Position numbers and translations under genes: made by a program
Origin: an uncultured Acidobacteriota bacterium
GTDB lineage: Bacteria > Acidobacteriota > Thermoanaerobaculia > Multivoradales > UBA5704
DNA: 64,000 nt
Assembly (NCBI GenBank): GCA_963770895.1
Contig: CAVYRF010000002.1
Location: 1 to 64,000, forward strand
Reading direction: 5' to 3'
In this document: piece by piece, positions 34,523 to 49,089 of the stretch
Layout: every line of letters starts with the position of its first letter
Position numbering within the stretch: position 1 is the first letter of the stretch
The notes under the pieces: model-generated
What the model was told of the DNA's origin: nothing
The model's database searches: none
What the model saw: only the letters and a program-made list of their open reading frames with translations

Positions 34523-36874
34523 TCATCGCCATCGATCGTTCCACACCGACCGCCGCTGGCAAGGCACGGCGAGCAGCAGCAGGACCGCCACGGCGCCGAG
34601 CAGGGTGAGGGCCGCCCCGAGGCGCAAGCCCGGAGGCTCAAAGGAAAGCTCGACCTGGGCGGCTCCCGCCGGCACGATGATGCCCAGGTAGGCGGTGTTC
34701 ACCTGCACCTTGCGCAGCACGTGGCCGGCGCTGGTTGCCGTCCAGCCGGCAGGGAAAGGCAACGACGTCGCGAGAAGCTTTTCGCCATCCGCCGGCAGCA
34801 CAAGCTCGACGTCGCCGCGGCGCATGCGCAGCACCCGCACCGCCGCGGGCGTCCATGGCCGCTCGGGCGCGATCCAATCGCCCACCTCTTCGCGCACCAG
34901 CACGACCCGCCGCGCGTCGCGCATCTCCCGGATGCCAGCTAGCGCGTCCTCGCGACCGCGCACCTGTGCGCCGATGGGCAGGAACCAGCGCGGCAGAGCG
35001 GAGGGATTCCGCCACACCCGCAGCGGCCGGTCGCCGCGCACCAGCGCGAACCGTGGGGGCACCTCGGCCGCGTCGGCCAGGATGACGGTTCGCACGTTCA
35101 GAAAATCGAGAAACGGATGATCGATGTTGCGAAACCCGCTCTTGTAGCGGCGGCCCTCCGGCCCGAAGCCGAAGATCTCACCCAGCGGGGCAAGCTGCTC
35201 CGCGGGTGCCAGCGGATTGTCGATCCGCACGTCGGCGACGCCGTACATCGGCAGGAGCGACGGATAGACGCCGAAACCTCCCGCCACCGCGCGCCACGGC
35301 CCGCCCTGAGCGACGCTGCCTTCGATCGCCGCGATCAGGGGAGTCCGCGGATAGAAAAGCTCGCGATGACCGCGCGGCAGAACCTCGCGGTCCCAGCCGA
35401 CAAGATCCAGCACCGACGCCAGGCCGAGCAGTGCGATGCCCAGGAGACGCCGGCGGGGTGCCAGCAGAACGGCAAGCGCGATCAGCAGCCACAACGCAAC
35501 GATCGGCACGTCGTGCCGGACCAGCAGGCTGGCGGCGGCCGCGGCGAGCCCCAGCGGCGCCGCAGGCCACTGCGGACGGATCGCCTGGTCCAACCCCAAA
35601 GCCGCCAGCACGGCGAGCGGCAGCGCCGCCGCCGGCAGGAAGCGGTCGAGCGCGGCCGCCCGGCCGAGCGGCAGCAGGCTCACCAGCCAGCGGCAGGGGG
35701 CCCAGCCGGCCGCCAGCAGGAACCCTCCCAAGGCCAGCGCAAACAGCGACCAGGCAAGCGGCCGCCGCGCCCCGCCAAGCGCGAAGCCGGCGCCGGCGAG
35801 CGCCACCAGGCCCAGGTAGCTCCCGGCCGCAATCGGCCAGTTCGCCGGCCCCACGTAGGGTTCGTGAAACGGCCGGCCGAAGCTCCAGGGATTGAGCGGC
35901 GACAGAAGGAGGCGCTCCTCGCCAGGCGGAAACCAGGCAAATGCGGCATGCGCCGGCGGCCCACCGCCGCTTTGGGCACCGGCCGCTCGCAGCGAATGCC
36001 CGGCGACCAGCAGGAACGGCACCAGCGCGCAGGCCGCGAGACAGGCGCCAAGCGTTGCCGCCAGGCCCGCGGCCGCAACCGCGGGGACCAGCCGCTGGCG
36101 CCGCCGCCGCGCGATCATGCCAAAGCCGGCCGCGACCAGACACTCGGCAAAGGCGATCTCCGGATGCCCGGAGAGCAGGAGCGCCGCAAAGATCGCCGCC
36201 GTGGCACCGATCCCGCGCGGCCAGGGCCTGCGGACGACTCGCACCACGCCCACCGCCAGCCAGGGGCTCCAGGCGACGACGCTGCTCAGTGGAAACACCG
36301 CCCAGGCCATGAGCGGTCCGCCCAGGGCGAAGGCGCCGGCGCCCAGCGCCGACGGCAGCCGCCTGGCCCCCGCCACCCGCGCCAGCAGCCAGCAGCCTTC
36401 GAACGCCAGCAGGATCTTGATCGCCAGCGTCCCCAGCAAGAAGTGCTCCAGCGGCAGCAAGCGCCCCAACATGGCGATCGGCGAAAGCACCGCCGCCTGG
36501 GGGTTCACCCAGGGCGAGCTGCCGCCGTCCAGGACGTCCGACCAGAAAGGCAGGTGCCCCTGGAGCAAAGAGCGGCGCACCTCCGCCTCCCACGGCAGCA
36601 GCTGCAGGATCGCGTCGTTGAACACCCCGTGAGCGAAGTCGGGCCCCACCACCTGCGGCGCATCCGGCAGATTGGCAAGGATCGGCGCGTCGGTCGGCGC
36701 CAGCAGACGGCCGCCGTGCAGCAGCGGCAGGAGCACCACGATCGGCAGGCACAGCCCGGCCGCCTGCACCTGCCAGGGCAGCCGCAGCGCCAGACAACGC
36801 GCCAGGCCCCAGGCCGCCACCTGGGCAACGCCAAGCCCAAGTGCCAGGCCCAAGGCCAGGTGCAAAACCCCCAT
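34523..36874 (-). CDS. YfhO-family polytopic membrane protein (GT-C-like)
   Basis: Many TMs, LPFWSDVLDGGSSPW, SGHPE, C-terminal PFPAGW...VNTAYLG..VPAG. Confidence 0.78.
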   Translation of the reverse strand: MGVLHLALGLALGLGVAQVAAWGLARCLALRLPWQVQAAGLCLPIVVLLPLLHGGRLLAPTDAPILANLPDAPQVVGPDFAHGVFNDAILQLLPWEAEVRRSLLQGHLPFWSDVLDGGSSPWVNPQAAVLSPIAMLGRLLPLEHFLLGTLAIKILLAFEGCWLLARVAGARRLPSALGAGAFALGGPLMAWAVFPLSSVVAWSPWLAVGVVRVVRRPWPRGIGATAAIFAALLLSGHPEIAFAECLVAAGFGMIARRRRQRLVPAVAAAGLAATLGACLAACALVPFLLVAGHSLRAAGAQSGGGPPAHAAFAWFPPGEERLLLSPLNPWSFGRPFHEPYVGPANWPIAAGSYLGLVALAGAGFALGGARRPLAWSLFALALGGFLLAAGWAPCRWLVSLLPLGRAAALDRFLPAAALPLAVLAALGLDQAIRPQWPAAPLGLAAAAASLLVRHDVPIVALWLLIALAVLLAPRRRLLGIALLGLASVLDLVGWDREVLPRGHRELFYPRTPLIAAIEGSVAQGGPWRAVAGGFGVYPSLLPMYGVADVRIDNPLAPAEQLAPLGEIFGFGPEGRRYKSGFRNIDHPFLDFLNVRTVILADAAEVPPRFALVRGDRPLRVWRNPSALPRWFLPIGAQVRGREDALAGIREMRDARRVVLVREEVGDWIAPERPWTPAAVRVLRMRRGDVELVLPADGEKLLATSLPFPAGWTATSAGHVLRKVQVNTAYLGIIVPAGAAQVELSFEPPGLRLGAALTLLGAVAVLLLLAVPCQRRSVWNDRWR

Positions 36875-37160
36875 GGCGCCACCATACCAGGCGCCGGCGG
36901 CCATAGGACTTGCGCCCGCTTGCCCCGCGGGAAACGGAGCCACTGCCCGACCCACCTCGTGCATCGCAGGCCGCCGTCGAGGGTGTAGGACGCCGACGAC
37001 AGGACGCGCCGGAATCCAGGAAGTTGAAGGCCCCGGTACAGCCATGGCCAAGATCCGCAGCGCCACAACCCGCCAAGCCGCCGCCGGCAGCCAATCCCGG
37101 CCCCCGCCGCCGCGGAAAGCCTCAAAAGCGCCCTCGCCCAGACGGGCCCCCCGGCAGCAG

Positions 37161-39307
37161 CTCGAAAGCACCGTCGCCCGCGCGCGCGCCGGCACCTACC
37201 CCGAGAGCATCGCCGAACGGGTCTCAGCCGAGCGTCTGGAGCGCTTCTTCACCAGGGTGGATCGTCACTACCAGGTCAGCCGTAAATTGCGCGATCTCTG
37301 CGTATTCGCCCGCCAGGACGTGACCAAGGATCCGCCCTTCTCTCGCGTCGACGTCATCAGCTGCTGCAACCTGCTGATCTATTTCGAGCCTCGCCTCCAG
37401 GAGAGAGTGCTGGCCATTTTCCACTACGCTCTCAATCCCGGCGGTTTTCTGCTGCTGGGGCCGTCGGAGAGCGCGGCGGCGGCGCCGGCCCTGTTCGAGG
37501 CACTCGACAAGCGGCACAAGATCTAGGTGAAAAAGTCCGCGACGAATGGTCCAGGCGTCCGATTTGCGGGGCGCGGCGTGGTCGGGGGCGGACGCGGCAG
37601 CAGCGCGGTCGAGCTGCCGGAGCGGACGGCCGGCAGCCGGGCGTGGGCTCCCAGGGAGGCCGACCGGCTGCTGCTCGCCCGCTACACCCCCGCTGGCGTG
37701 ATCGTCGACGAGCGCCTCGACATCCTGGAGTTCCGCGGCGATACCGACGCCTACCTCCGGCACGCCCATGGCGGCGCGAACCTCAATTTGATGAAGATGG
37801 TGCGCAAGGATCTGTATGTGGATCTGCACCGGGTGCTCGCGGACGCCGGAGAACTTGCCGCCCCGGCGCGCCGCGATGCCGTCCGGCTGCGACACCAGGG
37901 CGGGGTGAGCAGAGTGAGCATCGAGGCCGTCCCGATCTCGGGGCCTGCCGAGTCCGAGCGCTGCACGCTCGTGCTGTTCACGCCGTCGACCGCACGACTT
38001 GACGACCCTGGCCACCGGCCCCTTTCACCGGCTGAAAAGAGCCTTGGGGACGGCCCGGGCGCCGCGGAAAGGATCGCGCAGCTCGAGCAGGAGCTGACCG
38101 CGGCGGCCGGGCATCTGCGCACCGTGCTCCTGGACCACGAAACGGCTCGTGAGGAGCTGCAGGCCTCGAACGAGGAGCTGTTGTCGGCCAACGAAGAGTT
38201 CCTCAGCCTCAACGAAGAGCTCGAGACGGCCAAGGAGGAGATCCAGTCGGTCAACGAAGAGCTGGCCACTCTCAACCAGGAGCTGCGGGACCGCAATTTT
38301 CAACTCGGCCGCGTCAACGACGATCTGCTGAACCTGCTCGACAGCACCACCACTGCCACCCTCATGGTGGACAGCGCCTTGTGCCTGCGGCGATTCACTC
38401 CAGCGGCCGAGAAGCTGCTCAACCTGCGCCCGGCCGACCTCGGCAGACCGCTCGCCGCCCTGCCGACCCATCTCGCCGGCGATCTGGAGGTCGAGGTCAG
38501 GCAGGTCATCGAGAACGTGACCATTCAGGAGCGCGAGGTGCGCACCCGCGACGGCTCGACGTTCCTGCTGCGCATCCGTCCCTACCGCACCCAGGAAAGG
38601 GCGATCGACGGCGCGGTCGTCCTGCTGTTCGACGTCAGCGAGCTCAAGCGCAGCGCCGAGCTGGTGGCTTCTCGATCACTCCCGCATCGTGGCCGGGCAG
38701 CTCAAGCTCAACCCGCGTGCGATGGACCTGGCCGCGGTCGCCGAGCTCGCCCTCGACAACATGCACCTGGCCGCGGACGCCAAGCACATCCACCTCGATC
38801 TCGTGCTCTCCTCCGAGGCGAAGAGCGTCGGCATGGTCGGCGACCCCGACCGCTTGCACCAGGTCGTGCTCAACCTGCTCGACAATGCCGTCAAGTTCAC
38901 GCCGTCCGGGGGCCGCATCGGGATCTGGATCGGTGCTCATCGTCGAAGACGACGACGACAGCCGCGAGGCGCTCGCAGCGCTGCTCGAGCAGCGCGGCGT
39001 CCGGGTGACGGCCACGGCCTCGGCCGCCGAAGCGATCACGGCCCTGGATCGTGAGGTGCCCGATCTCTTGGTGAGCGACATCGGGATGCCCGGTCTGGAC
39101 GGGTACGAGCTGCTCGGCAACGTGAGACGGCGTTCCGAAAAGCAGGGGGGCCGGGTGGCGGCGCTCGCCCTGACCGGCTATGCGGACCCGGGTGACGCTC
39201 AGAAAGCGGTCGCCGCGGGTTTCCAGATGCACCTGGCAAAACCTGTCAGTTTACCCGACTTGTTGCGCGGCCTGGCACAGCTGGCCGGGCGCCTCGACGC
39301 AAACTGA
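37161..39307 (+). pseudogene. Decayed CheR-PAS-histidine kinase-receiver hybrid
   Basis: CheR C-half (DPPFSRVDVISCCNLLIYF), in-frame TAG at 37524, coiled coil/PAS, frame jumps near 38668 (LLDHSRI..NLLDNAVKFT) and 38930 (REC VLIVEDD..SDIGMP..KP). Confidence 0.85.
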
Positions 39308-39452
39308 TCGACGGTCGCGGGCTCACCTCACCGTGACGCCCGCGCTCAGGCCGCTCACCGTTTGCAACTTCTGCATTTTGTGAACTCGCCTTGGCGGCAA
39401 CGGGAGCTCCCTGTTCGCCGTAAAGGATTCATTCGATAGGGAGCGGGCAGCA

Positions 39453-39468
39453 TGGCACAGGAAATGCT
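39453..39468 (+). promoter_or_regulatory. Putative sigma-54 (-24/-12) promoter
   Basis: TGGCACAGGAAATGCT with GG-N10-GC spacing; TGCA-N5-TGCA about 90 bp upstream. Confidence 0.6.
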
Positions 39469-39635
39469 GCTTCCCTGGTCAGTGCGGCAAACCAAAATCA
39501 GCCATCTTGGCGGCAGGCCTCCTCCGGCGGCCAGGCTGGTGGCAGTATCGAGACTCGTCAGCGCCCACGGCGAGCTCATGATCGCGCTCTTCTTCCCGCC
39601 TGCTTCATTTCAGATTTTTCCGGGGCCTTGCAGTC

Positions 39636-43869
<4,234 letters not shown>

Positions 43870-43877
<8 letters not shown>

Positions 43878-44208
43878 CCGGCCAGGGGATGTCCCGGTGG
43901 ACGGCGGTTCCTCCTTCGCCAGGCAGATCGGGGCGAAAGCGGCGCGCAAGCAGCGAGCCCGGCGCGACGGCGCCGCGGACGTCTGGTTCGGTTTGGGAAT
44001 GATGGGGCTGGTCGGCTGGTCCGTGGTCGTACCGACGCTGCTCGGCGCGGCGCTCGGGCTGTGGCTGGACGAGCACCACGCGGGCAGGCACGCCTGGACG
44101 CTGGCGCTGATGGTAGCCGGGTTGCTGATCGGCTGTCTGAACGCGTGGCACTGGGTCGCGCGGCAGGAGCAGGCCATGCGCGAGCAAGGCGAGGGTGGCG
44201 ATGCGTGA
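43870..44208 (+). CDS. atpQ: N-ATPase AtpQ (AtpZ/AtpI-like)
   Basis: GLGMMGLVGWSVVVPTLLG..GLWLD, GCLNAWHW. Confidence 0.88.
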
Positions 44209-44515
44209 AGCTCTATCGCTCGCGGCGTCCGGGGTCGCAGGCTTTCTTTTGGGGGCATTCTTCTTCGGCGGCCTGTGGTGGACGGTTGGCAAGGGCGTAC
44301 GGTCGCCGCGGCCGGCGCTCTGGTTCCTCGGCAGCCTGTTGCTCCGGATGGGCCTTGCCATGGCTGGCGTTTTCTTTATCTGCGGCGGCAGCTGGCAACG
44401 GCTGCTGCTCTGCCTCCTGGGTTTTGTCCTGGCGCGCCTGGCGGTGACACGCTTGACGCGGCCGGAGCAAGGGGAGCGGCGCGGGCCGGCGGGGGCGGCA
44501 AGGCATGCACCTTAG
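44201..44515 (+). CDS. atpR: N-ATPase AtpR
   Basis: FFGGLWWTV, SLLLR, GFVLAR with two conserved Arg. Confidence 0.88.
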   Translation: MREALSLAASGVAGFLLGAFFFGGLWWTVGKGVRSPRPALWFLGSLLLRMGLAMAGVFFICGGSWQRLLLCLLGFVLARLAVTRLTRPEQGERRGPAGAARHAP

Positions 44516-45194
44516 TCCCGATCAGACCATCTTCTGGCAGCACGGGTTCGTCAAGCTCAATGCCACCATCGTCTTCACCTGGGGCCTGATGCTGGTTCTG
44601 GCCGTCGGCTCCCGGCTCATCACCCGCAGGCTGCGGGTGGGCGTCGAGCGTTCCCGCTGGCAGAGTCTGCTGGAGATCCTGGTCCTTGGCATCGGCAAGC
44701 AGATCGAAGACGTGGGCCTCCGCAGACCGCGGCGATATCTCGCCTTCCTCGGCACGCTCTTCCTGTTCGTTGCGGCGGCCAGCCTCGCCACGGTGATCCC
44801 CGGCTACGCGCCGCCCACCGCGTCGCTCTCGACCACGGCGGCGCTCGCGCTGTGCGTGTTCGTGGCCGTGCCGCTGTTCGGCATCGCGCAGCAGGGCGTG
44901 GCCGGCTATCTCAGGTCGTACGTCGAACCGACGGTCATCATGCTGCCGTTCAACCTGATCAGTGAGCTTTCGCGGACGTTGGCCCTGGCGATACGGCTGT
45001 TCGGCAACATGATGAGCGGCGCGATGATCGTCGCGATCCTGCTGGTCATCACCCCGTTCCTCTTCCCCGTGGTCATGACCGCGCTGGGTCTGCTGACCGG
45101 CATGGTGCAGGCATACATCTTCAGCATCCTTGCCGCGGTGTACATCGCCGCGGCCACGCGCACCCGCGAGCGCGGTCCAAAGCCGTCGCCTTGA
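44505..45194 (+). CDS. atpB: N-ATPase subunit a
   Basis: SELSRTLALAIRLFGN, QAYIFSILAAVYI. Confidence 0.94.
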   Translation: MHLSPDQTIFWQHGFVKLNATIVFTWGLMLVLAVGSRLITRRLRVGVERSRWQSLLEILVLGIGKQIEDVGLRRPRRYLAFLGTLFLFVAAASLATVIPGYAPPTASLSTTAALALCVFVAVPLFGIAQQGVAGYLRSYVEPTVIMLPFNLISELSRTLALAIRLFGNMMSGAMIVAILLVITPFLFPVVMTALGLLTGMVQAYIFSILAAVYIAAATRTRERGPKPSP

Positions 45195-45228
45195 ACCGGA
45201 AGACCGCGAGACAAATTGAGGAAACCCC

Positions 45229-45510
45229 ATGGATACCATGACCATCATCGCCGTCGCCTCCATCGTCACCGCCGGCCTTACGACGGGCGTGGGCTGCATG
45301 GCGCCGGCCCTGAGCGAAGGACGGTCGGTGGCCTCGGCCCTGACGTCTCTGGCGCAGCAGCCCGACGCCTCCGCCACCATCACCCGGACGCTGTTTGTCG
45401 GCCTTGCCATGATCGAATCCACGGCCATCTACTGCTTTGTCGTGTCGATGATCCTCATTTTCGCCAACCCCTTCTGGAATCACGTCATCGCCCAGACCGC
45501 GGGAAAGTGA
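45229..45510 (+). CDS. atpE: N-ATPase subunit c
   Basis: PALSEG, QQPD, MIESTAIY. Confidence 0.95.
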   Translation: MDTMTIIAVASIVTAGLTTGVGCMAPALSEGRSVASALTSLAQQPDASATITRTLFVGLAMIESTAIYCFVVSMILIFANPFWNHVIAQTAGK

Positions 45511-45514
45511 TCCC

Positions 45515-46342
45515 ATGCTCATCGATTGGTTCACCGTCGGTGCGCAGGCACTGAACTTCCTTGTCCTGGTGTGGCTGATGCAGCGCTTCCTCTATCGCCC
45601 GATCCTCGCCGCCATCGATGGGCGGGAAAAGCTGGTCGCCGCCCAACTCGCGGACGCCGCCGCCAAGCAGGCCGCGGCCCTGGCAGATCGCGATGAGCTC
45701 CAAAAGAAAAACGACACCTTCGATCGCCAGCGCGCCGCGCTGCTGAAGACGGCGACCGACCAGGCCAACGCCGAGCGCGGACGGCTTCTCGATGCCGCGC
45801 GGCAGGCGGCCGATGCGCTGAGCGCCAAGCGCCAGGACGCGCTGCTGGCGGAAGCGGCAAACCTGCACCAGGCCATCGGCCGCCGAACGCAGGAGGAAGT
45901 CTTTGCCATCGCGCGCAAGGCGCTGACCGACCTGGCCACGGCCAGCCTGGAAGAGCGGTTGGGTGAAGTCTTCATCCGCCGCCTGCGCGAGCTGAGCGGC
46001 CGGGCCAAAGCCGACCTGGCGAGCGCCCTGCAAACGGCGCCCCAACCGGCCGTCGTGCGCAGCGCTTTCGAGCTGCCGCCGCAGTCGCGCGCGGGCGTAC
46101 AGCACGCGCTCAACGAAACCTTTGCGGCGGATGTCAACGTGCGGTTCGTCACCGCGCCGGACCTGATCAGCGGCATCGAGCTCAGCGCCAACGGGCAGAA
46201 GATCGCGTGGAGCCTCGCGGACTACCTCAGGTCGCTGGAAAAGGACGTCGCCGAGCTGCTGCTGCAAGGGAAGAAGCCGCCGCCTCAACCGCCAGCCGAG
46301 GTCGTGGCGGAAGAGCGAGTACCGGTCGCGGCAGGCGTATGA
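45515..46342 (+). CDS. atpF: N-ATPase subunit b (long form with delta-like C-terminus)
   Basis: [23 protein letters not shown], coiled coil, LISGIEL. Confidence 0.92.
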   Translation: MLIDWFTVGAQALNFLVLVWLMQRFLYRPILAAIDGREKLVAAQLADAAAKQAAALADRDELQKKNDTFDRQRAALLKTATDQANAERGRLLDAARQAADALSAKRQDALLAEAANLHQAIGRRTQEEVFAIARKALTDLATASLEERLGEVFIRRLRELSGRAKADLASALQTAPQPAVVRSAFELPPQSRAGVQHALNETFAADVNVRFVTAPDLISGIELSANGQKIAWSLADYLRSLEKDVAELLLQGKKPPPQPPAEVVAEERVPVAAGV

Positions 46343-47943
46343 CGATCGCTCCCGACAGCTTGCAAACCGTCTTCGATCGCACCTTCGCAGGCATCAAAGA
46401 GGCCCGCGACGCCTTCACCCCACAACTGACGACGCACGAGATCGGCACGCTCGCGAGCGTCGCCACCGGTATCGCGCGGGTCTCGGGCCTGCCCGGAATC
46501 GGCTATGAGGAGCTGGTGGAATTTCCCGGCGGCGCCTTGGGCATCGCGTTCAACGTGGACCGGGACGACATCGGCGTCGTGCTGCTTGGCGACTACTCCC
46601 AGCTGCACGCGGGCGACCAGGTCGAGCGCACCCACCGGGTGATGGACGTGGCCGTGGGCGACGGACTGCTCGGGCGGGTGGTCGATCCCCTGGGCAGGCC
46701 GCTCGACGGCGGCGGGCCGCCTGCCACCAGCCGCCGGCTGCCGATCGAACGCCCCGCCGCGCCGATCATGGATCGCGCGCCGGTAGCGGTGCCGCTGCAG
46801 ACCGGGCTGAAAGTCGTGGATGCGCTCATTCCCATCGGACGCGGCCAGCGCGAGCTGATTCTGGGCGATCGGCGGACGGGCAAGACGGCGATCGCGATCG
46901 ACACCATCATCAATCAGAAGGGCCGCAACGTGGTGTGCGTATATTGCGCCATCGGCCAGCGAGCCTCCGCCGTGGCCAAGGTGGTGGCCGACATGCGGGA
47001 ACACGGCGCGATGGACTACACCGTCGTGGTCGTGGCCGAGGGCAACGACCCGCCCGGCCTCTCCTATATCGCTCCTTACGCCGCGACAAGCATGGCGGAG
47101 CACTTCATGGAGACCGGCCGCGACGTGCTGATCGTGTACGACGATCTCACGCAGCACGCACGCTCCTATCGCGAGCTGTCGCTGCTGCTGCGGCGCCCGC
47201 CGGGACGCGAAGCCTTTCCCGGCGACATTTTCTACATCCATTCGCGCCTGCTGGAGCGCGCCACCCACCTGCGCGCCGAGCTCGGCGGCGGCTCGCTCAC
47301 CGCCCTGCCCATCGTCGAAACCGAGGCGCAGGACATCTCCGCCTACATCCCGACCAACCTGATCTCCATCACCGACGGACAGGTCTACCTGTCGCCGTCG
47401 CTGTTCGAGCTGGGGGTGCTGCCCGCGGTCGAAGTCGGCAAGTCCGTCTCGCGCGTCGGCGGCCAGGCGCAGCTGGCGGCCTACCGGTCGGTAGCGGGCG
47501 CCCTCAAGCTCGGCTACGCGCAGTTCGAGGAGCTCGAAAGCTTCGCCAGGTTCGGCGCCAGCCTGGATGCGGACACCCGCAAGGTCATCGAGCACGGGCA
47601 GCGCATCCGCGCCTGCCTCAAGCAGGCTGAATTCGCACCGGTTTCGGTGGCGGCGCAGATCGCGATCCTGCTCGCGTTGACCGGCGGCCTCTTCGACGCC
47701 GTGCCCCTCGACCGGATGCCGGAGGCCGAGCGCGCCGTGCTGGACGCGGCGGCCGGCATTCCGGCGGCGGTTGCCGAGCGCTTCCAGACCGCCGCGACCC
47801 TGAACGACGAGGATCGCAGGACGATCGTCGAGATCGCGCGCGGCACGCTCGCCGCCTTCCTGGCCAAGCCGGCGGCAAAGGCCGCGGCCCAGGTGGAAAA
47901 GGAGAAGGCGCCGGCTCCCCCAAAGGCAGCCGGCAGGCCATGA
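46339..47943 (+). CDS. atpA: N-ATPase alpha subunit
   Basis: [41 protein letters not shown]. Confidence 0.95.
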   Translation: MTIAPDSLQTVFDRTFAGIKEARDAFTPQLTTHEIGTLASVATGIARVSGLPGIGYEELVEFPGGALGIAFNVDRDDIGVVLLGDYSQLHAGDQVERTHRVMDVAVGDGLLGRVVDPLGRPLDGGGPPATSRRLPIERPAAPIMDRAPVAVPLQTGLKVVDALIPIGRGQRELILGDRRTGKTAIAIDTIINQKGRNVVCVYCAIGQRASAVAKVVADMREHGAMDYTVVVVAEGNDPPGLSYIAPYAATSMAEHFMETGRDVLIVYDDLTQHARSYRELSLLLRRPPGREAFPGDIFYIHSRLLERATHLRAELGGGSLTALPIVETEAQDISAYIPTNLISITDGQVYLSPSLFELGVLPAVEVGKSVSRVGGQAQLAAYRSVAGALKLGYAQFEELESFARFGASLDADTRKVIEHGQRIRACLKQAEFAPVSVAAQIAILLALTGGLFDAVPLDRMPEAERAVLDAAAGIPAAVAERFQTAATLNDEDRRTIVEIARGTLAAFLAKPAAKAAAQVEKEKAPAPPKAAGRP

Positions 47944-48842
47944 GCGACAGCACCCAGGGCCTGCGCCGCCAGATCGGCAGCGCCATGGACCTCCAATCCG
48001 TCGTCCGTACGATGAAGAGCCTGGCGGCCTCGAAGATCGGGCAATACCAGGCGGCCGTGCGCGCCTTGGCCGACTACTACCGAACCGTCGAGCTGGGGTT
48101 GGGCGTGTGCTGTCGCCAGAACATGCCCGCGTCGCCGACGGGGACACGCCCGGAGCGAGGCGATCCGGCCCGCGTCGGCGCCGTCGTATTCGGCTCCGAC
48201 CAGGGGCTGGTGGGCCGGTTCAACGACGTGGTGGCCGACTTCGCGCTCGAGCGTCTGGCGGCCCTTCCCGGCGGATCCCAGATCTGGGCGGTCGGCGAGC
48301 GCGTCCACGCACGGCTGGCTGACGCAGGTCTGCCGCCGGCCGGACGCTTCGCCGTGCCGACCGGCGTCAAGGCCATCACGTCGCTCGTCGGGCAGATCCA
48401 GGTTGCAAGCGAGGCCCATCGCGCCCAGGGCGAGGTTGCACAGCTGTGGGTATTTCACAACCGGCCGCTGGCGGGAGCGCTGTACGAGCCGAGCGGGCAA
48501 CGTCTGCTGCCGCTCGACGACGCCTGGCGGCAAGCCCGTGCCGCAGTCCCATGGCCCGGCAGGAGCCGTCCCGAGGTGCTGGGGCCCGGCGCCGAAACCT
48601 TTGGCGCACTTGTACGCGAATATCTGTTCATTTCGCTCTTTCGAGCGTGCGCCGAATCCCTCGCCAGCGAAAACGCCAGCCGCCTGGCCGCGATGCAACG
48701 CGCCGACCAGAACATCGACGAGTTGCTGGAGGGCCTCCATGGCACCTTTCGCCGGCTGCGTCAAAGCGGCATCGATGAAGAGCTGTTCGACGTGATCTCG
48801 GGTTTCGAGGCGCTCTCGGCCGCAAGCGCGACCACCGCTTGA
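47940..48842 (+). CDS. atpG: N-ATPase gamma subunit
   Basis: [42 protein letters not shown]. Confidence 0.94.
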   Translation: MSDSTQGLRRQIGSAMDLQSVVRTMKSLAASKIGQYQAAVRALADYYRTVELGLGVCCRQNMPASPTGTRPERGDPARVGAVVFGSDQGLVGRFNDVVADFALERLAALPGGSQIWAVGERVHARLADAGLPPAGRFAVPTGVKAITSLVGQIQVASEAHRAQGEVAQLWVFHNRPLAGALYEPSGQRLLPLDDAWRQARAAVPWPGRSRPEVLGPGAETFGALVREYLFISLFRACAESLASENASRLAAMQRADQNIDELLEGLHGTFRRLRQSGIDEELFDVISGFEALSAASATTA

Positions 48843-48908
48843 TCCAATCTCGCTCCGGCCTCGTAGAGGAGGAGAAGGACGACGGCGGCGGTCTGCCAAA
48901 ACCGCTTC

Positions 48909-48937
48909 TTGCCCGCTGTAGGGTCCCTTGCTAAACT
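48909..48937 (+). promoter_or_regulatory. sigma-70 promoter of the TonB-dependent receptor
   Basis: TTGCCC-N17-TAAACT with TG extension. Confidence 0.6.
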
Positions 48938-49089
48938 GCCCGAGGCAAAGCCACCTGACGATCTGATGGCGGCTCTCCGTGAGCCGTAGGACGTCCCGAG
49001 AAGCCATTGTGCGACCGTGGCAGCTCTGGATGTCGTGGACCAGGTCGCTGGGGGCTTATCGAATGATCGTTCAGGAGCTTTCGGCCGGA

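Noticed and set aside
37524-37526. Pyrrolysine or programmed readthrough at the in-frame TAG
   Set aside because: Gene has other lesions; simple TAY-to-TAG nonsense change is more likely
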